NCBI GenBank assembly: GCA_951406725.2
Contig: OX597817.1
Span: 104,036,001-104,100,000, forward strand
Direction of reading: 5' to 3'
Source of the DNA: Octopus vulgaris
Taxonomy: Eukaryota
DNA length: 64,000 nt
Below are positions 41,900 through 53,507 of the stretch, one piece after another. Under the pieces are notes generated by a model. That model was not told where the DNA came from. It searched no databases and was given only the letters and a program-made list of their open reading frames with translations. The position numbers and the translations under genes were made by a program. Every line of letters starts with the position of its first letter. The stretch's first letter is position 1.

Positions 41900-43200
41900 G
41901 CAACTGGACAACCATCTTTATTGAGTTTTCTTTGACCAAGAATTTGTTTGGTCAGTCGCTCGGCCTTAAATGTTTATGGTTGGATTGAGTGGGTATGTGT
42001 TGGTTTAAAACCATTTTCCTTTACTGAAGACCCACTGACTCATAAGTACACATATTTGAGAAGTATGACAAATGTGACCTTAAAGAAATACTTGGAGAAA
42101 CTTACTCAAGAAGTGGAAAAGAAAATATCTGATGAACTTCCAAGTAAAGTTTCGTTTGTAATTGACGGTTGGACTAAGGGTTTGATGCATTTCACTGGAC
42201 TTTTTGCATCTTGTTCATACAATTATCAAAACGACTATTGTACTGTTTTGCTGGCATTTTTGCCAATGGTAAGTGAAACATCATTCGCTGCTTCTGATTA
42301 TGTTGAATTTATAGAGAATGTGTTAAGTATCTATAACAAAAATTTAGAAAATGTTGTAGCTATTACCGGAGATAATACTGAAGTAAACAAATCTGTAGCG
42401 AATTTGTGTAGAATATCATTGATTAGATGTGCCTCTCATAAATTTAATCTAGCTGTTTCTGCTTATCTCGACAAGCAGGAAGTTCTGCTTGATAAAATTA
42501 ATATCTTGATGGGCAAGCTAAAATCATCAAAATTTACGGGTAAACTTCGGGAAAAAACGCCTTTGCAACCTATACAAAGAAATAAAACCTGTTGGTCCAG
42601 TACTTATGAGACATAATTGTGAGGTACATCCAACTCAAGCCGTTTTTACACTCTCTTCAAGGCGATCCAAAGCTGGTTGATTATCTGTTCACTCTATGCG
42701 GTCATAATGATCTTTAGACTCTAAAAGACAATTTAGGAAAGTTACGCTCAGTAACAGTTGCCTTGTAAAGAACAGAAATATATTTGAGAGATGCCCGAGT
42801 TCTTTTTGACGAAATTCTGTCATCGTATCTTTACGAGGAGTTAAAAGTGATATTTACTTCCATCGGCAGCCATTGTGCACAGCACAAATTTTGAAAGTGG
42901 TGTTGTGAAAATTTTAGAACATATAAAGTGGCTGCTCTACATCAGCTGAAAGTGGTGACGGACACGTCACAACAGTCTAATTTACCTGTAGAAGATGATG
43001 ATTTTGCTTCAATTTGTTTGAAAAGAAACAAAAAAGATAAAATTTCAGCTCAGCTATATCTGAATTGTAGATTTTTGTTACCAACGTCCAACGTCCAACA
43101 TCTTGGAACGTTTCTTCAGCTCAGCAGGTTACGCTTTTAGTGATTCACCAATGAATTTAGAAATGCAATCTGAATAATTCTAAAACTCTAGAGATGTTTG
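41900..43200 (+). mobile_element. Decayed hAT transposase
   Basis: IDGWT, ITGDN, RCASHKFNL (CxxH), NKTCWSSTY and C-terminal PTSN..ER-FS-AG dimerisation remnant. Confidence 0.85.
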
Positions 43201-43630
43201 TTTGTATCTGAAATATCTCAGAATAGTATATTTTATCTTTTTTTTTTTTGCATAGTTATTTTCATACTTACCTTCGGCAGTGTAGTACAAATTTTTGTGA
43301 CATTTGGACATCTTTTATTAATGAAAACGAGTAAGCACAATTTTTGTTTGTTATTTCTTGACGATAAAAATAAACAGGGCTTTCGTGATGTCAACACACA
43401 TACACACATACAGAATACACCCACATATAACAAATGTCATGGCGTGTCAATCAACACAAACACATGTCCGCTATCTGTGACATATACACACACAGTCTCC
43501 ACGCTCTCTAAGAACGTTGACTTTTTGACGTACACAATATTTTAATCATTTAGAAATATTCTAAACTGAATGGGATTTCAAAAATGTAAGTTGTTTGTAC
43601 AATAAGTATCTATATTTTAGCTTTATTTAA

Positions 43631-43844
43631 CCCTTTAATGTTCAGATTACTCTGTTAAATGTAATACTTTTTCACTCAAGTTGTTTTGAATTAATCATGC
43701 ATTATCTCATAGGTTTGAAATCTCAATGATTTATTTATTTTTAGAATTTCAATGTAGGTTAGGTGCGAGCGGCTAGATATGGCTAGTTGAAATGTAAAAC
43801 GTAGAATATTTGGGCCGGATGTGGCCGGTTTAAACACTAAAGGG
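43631..43844. mobile_element. piggyBac-type MITE (~215 bp)
   Basis: TTAA-CCCTTTA...TAAAGGG-TTAA. Degenerate copies at about 5512-5740, 9760-9901, 16998-17196 and 19452-19665. Confidence 0.75.
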
Positions 43845-43879
43845 TTAAACAGACAATATTTTAATTTTTTTTTATTATT

Positions 43880-44146
43880 TTCAAGTTGTTAATTTCCATA
43901 AAAAGATTTTGTTTATTTATTTTTGTTTTAAAGTGTAAGAGAGGAGAAAGTGAAAGATGTATGTGTATATGAAATGGATGTATGTATTTGTGTGTGTGTG
44001 TGTGTGGAAGATAGAGAGAGAGAGAGAGAGAGAGAGGAAGAAAGAGAGAGAAAGAGAAAGAGAAAGAGAGTGAGGGAAGGGGTGTGTTGTCATGTATACG
44101 TGCATACATCAATACATATGCGTGCATCTTTTTTGTATGTACGTGC

Positions 44147-44182
<36 letters not shown>

Positions 44183-44336
44183 GTGAGTGAATCAACGTGT
44201 GTAAGTGGCTCTCTCTCTCTCTCTCACTCTCTCTTTCTCACACACGTCCATTTCATATACACGTTCATGCATCTTTCACTTTCTCTCTTTCACTTTAAAA
44301 CAAAAGTAAATAAAAATTTTTTTACGGAAATTAACG
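43880..44336. repeat. Fold-back element with microsatellite core
   Basis: GTTAATTTCC..TTTTAAAGTG..GAAAGTGAAAGATG..GTATATGAAATGGA is mirrored at 44245-44336. Confidence 0.65.
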
Positions 44337-44507
44337 AACAAAACCAGCTGATCTGCATGACAATTCTGAGAGTCAAAGCGACAGCTCTGAGAGTCAAAGC
44401 GAAAGATCGCCCCCAAAGGAATACTATTACAAAAACTTTTTCGCCATATCTCAGCTCCAAAGATTTGGCTGCTATTTCTAGCACATCCTGCTACCACGTA
44501 ATAGCTA

Positions 44508-45782
44508 TCATATCTATAAAAGGCATGATGTGTGTGTGCGTGTGTGTGTGTGCGTGTGTGTGTGTGCGTGTGTGTGTGTGTATATGTGATTGTAATTTAT
44601 GCACATCCACAAATTAGCACGCATGTCGCTCAAATTTTAGGAGGACATTCGTCAACATCTTATCTGGGTTTTGTCAACTTATTTTATTCCCGAGGCACCC
44701 GCGGATACCGTAAAAATCTATTTTCAGCCATAGCTTTTAGCCATAAAAAATATCAGCCATAGCTTTTTTGACGGCGTCTAACAAAAAAAACAAGATAAAG
44801 AAAAGTGGAAGAAGGAGGCAGAAAGTTTCACGGGAAAGAGAAAGTGAGAGAGGGAGAGTGAGAGTGAGTGACGACGTTCACAAAAATCTATTTTCAGCCT
44901 TAGCTTTTTTTGACGGTGTCTAACAAAAAAAAATATAAGATAAAGAAAAGTGGAAGAGGTGCAGAGAGTTTCAGGGGAAAGACTAAGTGAGAGAGGGAGA
45001 GAGAGTAAGTGACTACGTTCATAAAAAATAAAATGTAAAATGTTTTGTTTTTTGCTTTTGAAAGACACTATATTTTATAATCATATTATATATACTTTCT
45101 CACACAACAATTAAAATATATTTATTTTACATCACTTTTTTATTTTAAATCGTTCATCTTTCTCCCCCTCTCTCTCTCACACACATTATTTTGGGTGCGA
45201 AAGAGTTTTGTTTTTATTTTACGCCGAGTAAAAAGTGCTTTGTTGACAATCCATTTATTTAACAACAAAGAAACAAAGGGGTGAGTAACAATTTGTCAGT
45301 GATATACACAATATAATGGGTACAATTTGCGACGGTTCCACCACATCCCACTCCGTTTCACGGATTACAAAAAGGGTTTTGAGGCCAGAGTAGTTGATTC
45401 CACGCAAAAAAAAAACGATTCTTTTCTTAGTGAAAATCGTGCGAATGTTATTTTACACATTTAACAACATTTTTTCCATTCATTTCTGTTTATGAACATG
45501 TATGCGTGCACAAAACATGCAATAGGTGTACGTACGTACGTGTGTGTATGTGTGTTCGTGTTTTTGGCCATATATATATTTATATTATATCATATATATC
45601 ATATATATATTATATATAATATATATATATATAATATATTGGCCTGCTCGCTTAGCCAGCGGGGTGGCATCATTCGAAGGCTAAAACAATGCGGACGCAT
45701 TGTGACCAGCGATGTGTAGCAACATCTGATGGTCTGGTCAGTCACGTGATCACGTGATATATAATATATATATATATATAAT

Positions 45783-45828
<46 letters not shown>

Positions 45829-45959
45829 ATAATAGAACTAATTTTAACGGATTTCGCCCAAATTTGACATCTATATTACTTCGTTTGGCTTGAAATGAAG
45901 AACTTGATTAGCTTAATAATCGTAACTTAATCCCGGGCAAGTCCGGGTTATACTGCTAG
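44508..45959 (+). mobile_element. Non-autonomous Helitron, unit 1
   Basis: A^TCATATCTATAAAAGGC start; CCCGGGCAAGTCCGGG hairpin; CTAG end; internal ~125-bp tandem repeats. Confidence 0.85.
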
Positions 45960-46925
45960 TCATATCTATAAAAGGCATGATGTGCGCGCGCGCGCGTGTG
46001 TGTACGTGATTGTAATTTATGCATATCCACAAATTAGTATGCATGCCACTCAAATTTTAGGAGGACATTCGCCACGAACCTATCTGGGTTTTGTCAACTT
46101 ATTTTTTTCCCGAGGCACCCGCGGATAGCGTAAAAATCTATTTTCAGCCATAGCTTTTAGCCATAAAAAATATCAGCCATAGGTTATTTTGACGGCGTTT
46201 AACAAAAAAAAACAAGATAAAGAAAAGTGGAAGAGGGGCAGAGAGTTTCACGGGAAAGACAAAGTGAGAGAGGGAGAGAGAGAGAGAGAGAGTAAGTAAC
46301 GACGTTCATAAAAATCTATTTTTAGCCATAGCTTTTTTGACGGCGTCTAACAAAAAAAATAAGATAAAGAAAAGTGGAAGAAGGAGGCAGAGAGTTTCAC
46401 AGGAAAGACAACGTGAGTGAGAGAGAGAGAGAGAGTAAGTGACAACGTTCATAAAAATCTATTTTTAGCCATAGCTTTTTTGACGGCGTCTAACAAAAAA
46501 AATAAGATAAAGAAAAGTGGAAGAAGGAGGCAGTGAGTTTTACGGGAAAGACAAGGTGAGAGAGGGAGCGAGAGTAAGTGACGACGTTCATAAAAAATAA
46601 AGTGTAAAATGTTTTGGTTTTTCTTAAACACGAGATATAGTGTTCAAATTCAGGATGATTTTGAAAGACACTATATTTTATAATCATAGCATATATACTT
46701 TCTCACACAACAATTAGAATATATTTATTTTAAATCGTTCATATTTCTCCCCCTCTCTCTCTCACACACATTACTTTGAGTGCGAAAGAGTTTTGTTTTT
46801 ATTTTACGCCGAGTAAAAAAGTGTTTTGTTGAGAGTCGATATTACTTAGTTTGGTTTGAAATAAAGAACTTGATTAGCTTAATAATCGTAGCTAAATCCC
46901 GGGCAAGGCCGGGTTATACTGCTAG
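45960..46925 (+). mobile_element. Non-autonomous Helitron, unit 2 (tandem)
   Basis: Starts with TCATATCTATAAAAGGC directly after the CTAG of unit 1; ends CCCGGGCAAGGCCGGG..CTAG^T. Confidence 0.85.
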
Positions 46926-49900
46926 TTTGCGATAAAGGACCTGAAATACCTGTTATGTGGTAGCAGGGCGTGCAAGAAATAGCAGCCAAATCTTTCCTTT
47001 TGCGGGGAAAGGGGCTGTTTACGTGTGATTTCGATGTCACATTCGTTGAAAGCATGCGAAATACCCTGGAAAAGAAAAGAAACCCATGAAACCAAACTCT
47101 GTTGCTGGATTACTCAGAAAACTATAAGTCAATTGTTCATGACCTTTTGCTATATTAGAACATTTTTAATTGGGCTACTCATTTGAGAAACTCTTACAAT
47201 TAAAGACCTTCAATTTATTTGTTTTTTAACAACTGTACAATATGTTGTTTGTTCCCTATTCTAAATCAATAAAATTTAACTTTGAACGTTTTCTGATAAA
47301 AAATTTTTTTGAAACTGTAAGATATGCCTTTTATTTTCCCATCATTTTGGTCTTATCTAAATCGAAGCTAACACTATAAAATATATGGTGTTTTTACGTT
47401 CGGCAAAATAACAGGCAATTAATTGCTAGGAAAATAATTGATTGGAAAGGTTCCAATAAGTTATTTGCAACCCCTGCTACGGACATACAAGTCATCAAGA
47501 TCTTGCAAAACCACAAAGCAATACTCGAACCTTGCTTCACAGCAATACCACATCTTTCACTAATGAGGATGGTGACAAGCAGAAACCACAGCTGATTGAC
47601 ATTCTTCTTAAGAAAAAAAATTCGAAAGAAGAAACAGTTACAAAAGGAAGTAAAATAACGTTAGTATGAGTACATTTCACGGAAAGATGAAACGCTTAGT
47701 GAGGAGACAGTCACCTATGAAAAAAAATGCCTATCTTTCGCAAAGAGGAGCACCTTTTTGGTGAGAAAAAGGTCAGTCTTCAATGAAAATGAGCCCACAT
47801 CAAGTTAGGAGGGATTCTTCTTCTAACCGACTGAAATATTCTTCACGGCCATTGGAAAGGTCAACCTTTATCTTTCGGGTTTTTTTGGGGTTTTTTTTGT
47901 CATACAATTTTAAAATTAAATTTGTAAACATGATATCCATTCTTGTACCACCATTTCTGAAATAAAGTTGATAATGAATAGGGAAATTCATCCTTGTCGT
48001 ATGTTTGATTTAATGAAGCTCCTTTTTTTTTTATTTTTTTTTTTTTTATTAGTTTTCTGGATCGGAAATTAAACCGTAATTCGAAACTCCAGTATGTCAT
48101 ACTTGTTCCACAAGTTTTATACTTTAGAGAGAGCGTCCAATGTTTCTTGAATTTCTACAAACATGTTCTGACTTGTTTTTCTTTTCATTATTTGTACACC
48201 AACAGTGGAAAGAAAATAATTAATACACAAGATATGTTAGTTATCAATCATTTTCATCTTATAACATTTCATATGAAGTTCATATTATTTAATAGTGCTA
48301 AAGGAACCTTGATTCTGCTATAAACGAAGGCTTGGTTCATATGAATTAACTTCTGTTAACAGATATTCTGATTCTCAATTTTAGTTCGTTGCATAAACAC
48401 TGCAACAAAAATTCCTTATTAACTGTTTTTGCACGTATTTTGGCATTACATGCTATTGAATACAGTGTTCGCAGGATCCACTTGAACTGAAAGATTTTGG
48501 TTCTACCATATAGAAAAGTGTCACCCATGTTTTTTACCGAATAATAGAAATGAATAATTTATGATAATTTATAAAAGATAATAAGAAATGTTTGCAGCAA
48601 TATTTCTTTAATAGATTGAATTAAAGTTATCGACGGTTCTTATGATTCGTTTACATCTATTATTTTATACATTTTAAGCAATTGTATAAAACTATAAATC
48701 CTAATTACTTTATAACGTGATATCTGCTAATGAACACAAATAATCTACGAATGTCTAGGAGTGATGCACTTTTTTTCTTTTACTAGAATCTTAGAGGACA
48801 TTTTTCTTTACACCCACATAATGTCACCAAATACATGTGAGGATAACTTGGAAAATATAAGTTACAATCTTCAATGGAACTGTGAAAAAAGATTATAAAG
48901 CAATTATTTCAGCATAAATATCCAGTATAAATATTCAAGCTCATAACTTATAGTGGTTAGCGGGCGGGATTTTTAACACATGCAGGAGTTAGGTGAATCT
49001 AGTAAACTCCCTTGCAAAGAAAATTCACTGAAGAATTGATTCCATTGGTTGTATGCAATACTTGTGTTTACTATTTCATTTTTCTCACTACAATATCTTC
49101 GTACACTATCCTAAACTAAATGCTGAACACTTAATCATCTTTTAGAATAATGTATCTTTTATCTTTTATGTTTTACTTGTTTCAGTCATTAGACAGAAAC
49201 CATGAAGAATTTTTAGTCGAAAGTATCGACCCCAGTATTTACTTTTTACGAACCACTAGGTTATGGGGATGTAAACACGCCAGCACCGGTTGTCAAGCTG
49301 TGGTGGGGTACAAACACAGACACAAAGTCACATACACATAGCTATATATATGCATATATACGACGGGGTTCTTTCAGTTTCCGTTCTACCAAATCCACTC
49401 ACAAGGCTTTGGTCGGCCCGAGGCTATAGAAGAAGATAATTGCCCAAAGTGCCTCGCAGTGGGACTGAACCTGGAACCATGTGGTTGAGAAGAAAGCTTC
49501 TTACCACACAGCCAAGCTTGAAGTTATTTTTAAAACCAGTTCTCAAAACCCCACTCTCCATTTGTTTTTGGCCTTAAGAATAGATGGTGAATTTCTTTAA
49601 TGTGTACTGAAAATTTAAGTCAGTGATTTATTTTAAAATTATTGACCACTTGATATAAAATTTCGATGACTTTGATACACTTGCAATATATCAAATACGT
49701 TTGTATACAGTGCTAGATTAACCTCATAGCAAGAGCAATATATATAAGAGGTTCCATATTTCCAGGGGCTCGGGCGAAATACATTATTACTGATATGATT
49801 CAGCTGGGTGTTCTCTATTTAGCTTCTTTATATTGATTTCAGATTTTGGCCCAAGGTCGAGAGAGGGGATAAATCGATTACGTCGATCCCAGTGTTCGAC

Positions 49901-50439
49901 TGGAGCTTATTTTATCGACCCCGAAAGGATGAAAGGCAAAGTTAACCTCGGAATTTGAACCCAGAACGTAGTTAGCCACTTTATATTGAAGTATCTACAG
50001 ACTTATGCCATCTGATTATTACGTCATTCATATGGCGTGATTATTACGTCATTCATATGACGAATTACTTATCGACTTCCACACAATAACTCTATCAATG
50101 ATTGTTTCAAGGTCTTACGTTGGAATAAAGAAGACTTGTTGACGTGGGTGCATTTTCTTCATTACAGTGAATATAGTACTATACTACCTTCAAAATATAC
50201 GAACGACTTGGTATTTAAAGTTAATACTTGTGAGACCTTGTATATTTTAAATTTAAAAATTACCACGACCAAAATGAATGTCAACGTAAATGGTAGGCTT
50301 AATTTTGGTCAGATTACTATTTTGCTTCTTTCATTTCTTTTAAACATTAAACTTATTAAACTTGTCATACAGTAATAAAGCTTAATAATTATTTTTCACT
50401 AAATAAGAATAGTTGAACATACATACATATGTATGTGTG

Positions 50440-50718
50440 GAGTCGCAATGGCCCAGTGGTTAGGGCAGCGGACTCGCTTCCCAGACCAGGCGTTTTGAGT
50501 GTTTATTGAGCGAAAACACCTAAAAGCTCCACGACGCTCCGGCAGGGGGTGGGTGTGTGATCCCTGCTGTACTCTTTCACCACTCTTTCTCCCACTCTTT
50601 CTTCTGTTGGCCTGCTCGCTTAGCCAGCGGGGTGGCGTCATTCAAAGGCTAAAACAATGCGAACGCATTGTGACCAGCGATGTGTAACAACATCTGATGG
50701 TCTGGTCGGTCACGTGAC
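50440..50718 (+). mobile_element. tRNA-derived SINE family D inserted in a TA/TG microsatellite
   Basis: TGGCCCAGTGGTTAGGGCAGCGG head. The 3' ~115 nt (GGCCTGCTCGCTTAGCC..GGTCACGTGA) recurs almost identically at 45640-45756. Confidence 0.7.
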
Positions 50719-50756
50719 ATATGTATGTATATATATATATATATATATATACACAC

Positions 50757-50841
<85 letters not shown>

Positions 50842-50875
50842 ATATATCATAAGCAGTTAAGTCTATGTCCGGTCG

Positions 50876-50939
50876 TAGAGTGATCAATGGTTTCGTATCC
50901 ACAAAAGCCTTAGCCCCGTGAACGTCTCATCAGATTCTA
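50876..50939 (-). ncRNA. Type I hammerhead (minus-strand arm of palindrome 1)
   Basis: TAGAAT-CTGATGA-GACGTTCAC..GTGGATAC-GAAA-CCATTGA-TC-ACTCTA. Confidence 0.75.
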
Positions 50940-50980
50940 AACCCGAAGGCAAATGTAACTCTTCACCTCGTTTTTGGCTT

Positions 50981-51044
50981 TAGAGTCTGACGAGACGTTC
51001 ACCGGGCTGAGGCCTTTGTGGATGCGAAGCCATCGGTCACTCTA
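50981..51044 (+). ncRNA. Type I hammerhead (plus-strand arm of palindrome 1), GAAA mutated to GAAG
   Basis: TAGAGT-CTGACGA-GACGTTCAC..GTGGATGC-GAAG-CCATCGG-TC-ACTCTA; perfect 6-bp stem I; GUC site. Confidence 0.75.
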
Positions 51045-51195
51045 TGACCGGACAAAGACTTAACTACTTATAAATACATGACTGCTCTATGCAGGTGTGC
51101 TGCTTTTTCGGATATGTGATACATTGACGATATAAATATATACTTTCATAGTTTCAGCTTTGCCGCATATGTAAGTCGCACCTTAGTTTTAAATA

Positions 51196-51242
<47 letters not shown>

Positions 51243-51295
51243 AAGAGAGAAGATGGAGATAAGATTAATAAAGATTTATTAATACATTGGTATAA

Positions 51296-51400
51296 GACCT
51301 ACAATTGTTTCAATTGCTCGCTTATAGCATAAAAATCAATCAAATTTAATCTAATTTATTCAATTTGGTTAATTATTATAACCCAAATATCATCAGTGAA
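51296..51400 (-). ncRNA. Type I hammerhead with long stem II (minus arm of palindrome 2)
   Basis: CTGATGA-(~80 nt stem II)-GAAA-CAATTG-TA; palindromic ACAATTGT stem III; stem I poorly preserved. Confidence 0.6.
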
Positions 51401-51643
51401 GAACGTACAAAGAAATTTATATGCAACATATTGAAAACATAATGGAAACATTAAATAAGCAAACAGGAAAAATACAGTGTACCATTAAAATTGATACATA
51501 ATATAAAAATATATACAGTTATAAAAATAGCTATTGTCATAAATTAATATAAATAACAATAATGTTAATGCAGACATACCCATGCAAAAATACGATAAAT
51601 GATGATATATAAAAAACAATAAACAAATTTCATTGTACGTTCT

Positions 51644-51746
51644 TCCCTGATGATATTCTGGCTTATAATAATTAACCAAATTGATTTAATTAAATTAAAT
51701 TTCATTGCTTTTCTGCTATGAGCCAGGAATTGAAGCAATTGTACGT
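51644..51746 (+). ncRNA. Type I hammerhead with long stem II (plus arm of palindrome 2), GAAA mutated to GAAG
   Basis: CTGATGA-TATTCTGGCTTATA...TATGAGCCAGGAATT-GAAG-CAATTG-TA. Confidence 0.55.
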
Positions 51747-51867
51747 TTTGTCAATATATTAACAAATTTTTATTAATCTTACCTCCATCTATTCTCTTGG
51801 TTTATATAATAATAATAATGTATACGTGTGTGTGCCTATATTATAAGGTATTCAACCTGTCTAATCT

Positions 51868-52240
51868 CTCTCTATATAAAGCTGAAGTTGTCTTTGTATG
51901 GCAGGTTTGGTAGCCTTCAACTAACACTATCTCCTCCGAGACCCTGCGGCGCAAGTTGACCAAAATTGAGACCAAAATTGCTCTTTCTTCCGTAGAAGAA
52001 AAAATTCAAATCAGATCATGTTAATACCAAAAATTATTTACATCAAAAAGGTGTTTTTTTTCTTTGAAAATCCCTATTTTTTACGATTTTTTGACTGCTG
52101 TGTGGCCATTTTTCGGTGTATTTCAACCAGAAAAATGTTCACTTAAAGAAAATAACAAGTTACATAGTGCAAAATTTTTACTTTTCAAAAATTCCAATTC
52201 TAAAGGGACGAAAGAAGAAAAACGAAATAGATACAGTAAT
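51868..52240 (+). mobile_element. Probable Helitron-type 5' fragment
   Basis: TCTCTATATAAAGCTGAAGTTGTC start resembles Helitron 5' ends; no 3' CTAG hairpin found. Confidence 0.35.
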
Positions 52241-52437
52241 GTAGGTGATGATATATTATTTAATATCATTAATTACACAAACAAATGAACGTTGCTATTA
52301 TGTATTAGAAAGAAAGTGGTGATCGTTTTATGTGAATGTTGACTGAATATTGAAGAAAATATTTAAAAGAGAATAAATATCAATATGAGCATACAGCACA
52401 CGCAATATGTGTATAAATATATATATATATATATCAG

Positions 52438-53141
52438 TTAGGACAAAAATACCAGCTTCTTTTTTTTGCCTCCAACTGCACTTCCATAGCTTTGAGAAAT
52501 ATTTGAATCTGTTGGACAAAGAGAGGAACCAGGATTTTTTCCTCCGTGCAACTTGAGAAGATCTGCGGTTTTCTGTGCTATCACCCATGATGTAAAGAAT
52601 TCGTAGTCGGTGAGCAAATCTCTTACTTGTTCGTTAGGTGACATTTTGAGCTTTGGATGAACAGTTACTGGTTTAATCTCTGGTTCAGGCGCTATACGAT
52701 TGCTTCGAGCAGATATTGGTCTTCGTTTCTTAGGTGCAGGAGCGTTAACATCACCGTCAGATATAAGAGAAACATTATCTCCTAATAATTGGTTAGTGCT
52801 TGCGGTTCGATTTTTCTTTCTGAAATGCCTTCTACATTTATGAACGCAGTATATAACAGAGCAGCCACCATAAACAAGAATCAATAATGGCAATACACAA
52901 TAAAGAGCCATATTATTGTCATCGGCGTAAAAATTCGCAATTTTATCACCCAAAGTGAGATCTCCTTCAGGCGTGTCTGTTGATGAGGGTTCAGTACTCA
53001 CTTCCAAAAGCTTCCGAGCATTAATTCGAGAAAAATCGAATATATGATTCGATGATCCCTCTTCGGCTCTCATCATGCTTTCGGATTTTACTTTTGATAA
53101 TTCATTGTCTGTCGACGATTTCGCTATCTTGTTACTGGAGT
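52438..53141 (-). CDS. Main/terminal exon of a ~238-aa single-pass membrane protein of unknown family
   Basis: Long non-repetitive ORF, pyrimidine-rich tttcag acceptor, hydrophobic segment ALYCVLPLLILVYGGCSVIYCV followed by a basic cluster HKCRRHFRKK, TAA stop. Confidence 0.75.
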
Positions 53142-53494
53142 CTGAAATTAACAATGAAGACAACAACAAAAACTATTAGAGAATTCATAGAAATAATTTC
53201 TTAAATGCATGAAATTACATCAAATTTCAAAAGAATTAACGAGGAAAATTAAAATCATTAATGAGAACTAACATTGAACGTCATTATCATATTCTAATAA
53301 TATGAAAGTTAATTTTGTGAGAATGTGGCTTAATTTAGCAGAGATATTAGAGTGGAGCTCCGTACATCTATTGGGTTATATTAGGAAACTATTATCCCTT
53401 CCGGTCGCGGTTCTTCAAGTAACATAAATCAACTCGCACCCCACTTTCCATAGACGAGAGGACAAAATAGTTCGTATCTAAGTAATTCACCTAC

Positions 53495-53507
53495 CTTTCT
53501 TTGCCAT
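53495..53507 (-). CDS. Probable first coding exon (MAKK-) of an unrecognised membrane-protein gene
   Basis: AACAACATGG start context followed by a G|gtaggt donor. Phase 1 matches the acceptor at 53141, and the joined CDS is 717 nt. Confidence 0.55.

Noticed and set aside
44710-46600. Regularly spaced repeats resembling a CRISPR array
   Set aside because: They are whole ~125-bp tandem units inside Helitrons, with no unique spacers and no cas genes, in a eukaryotic context.
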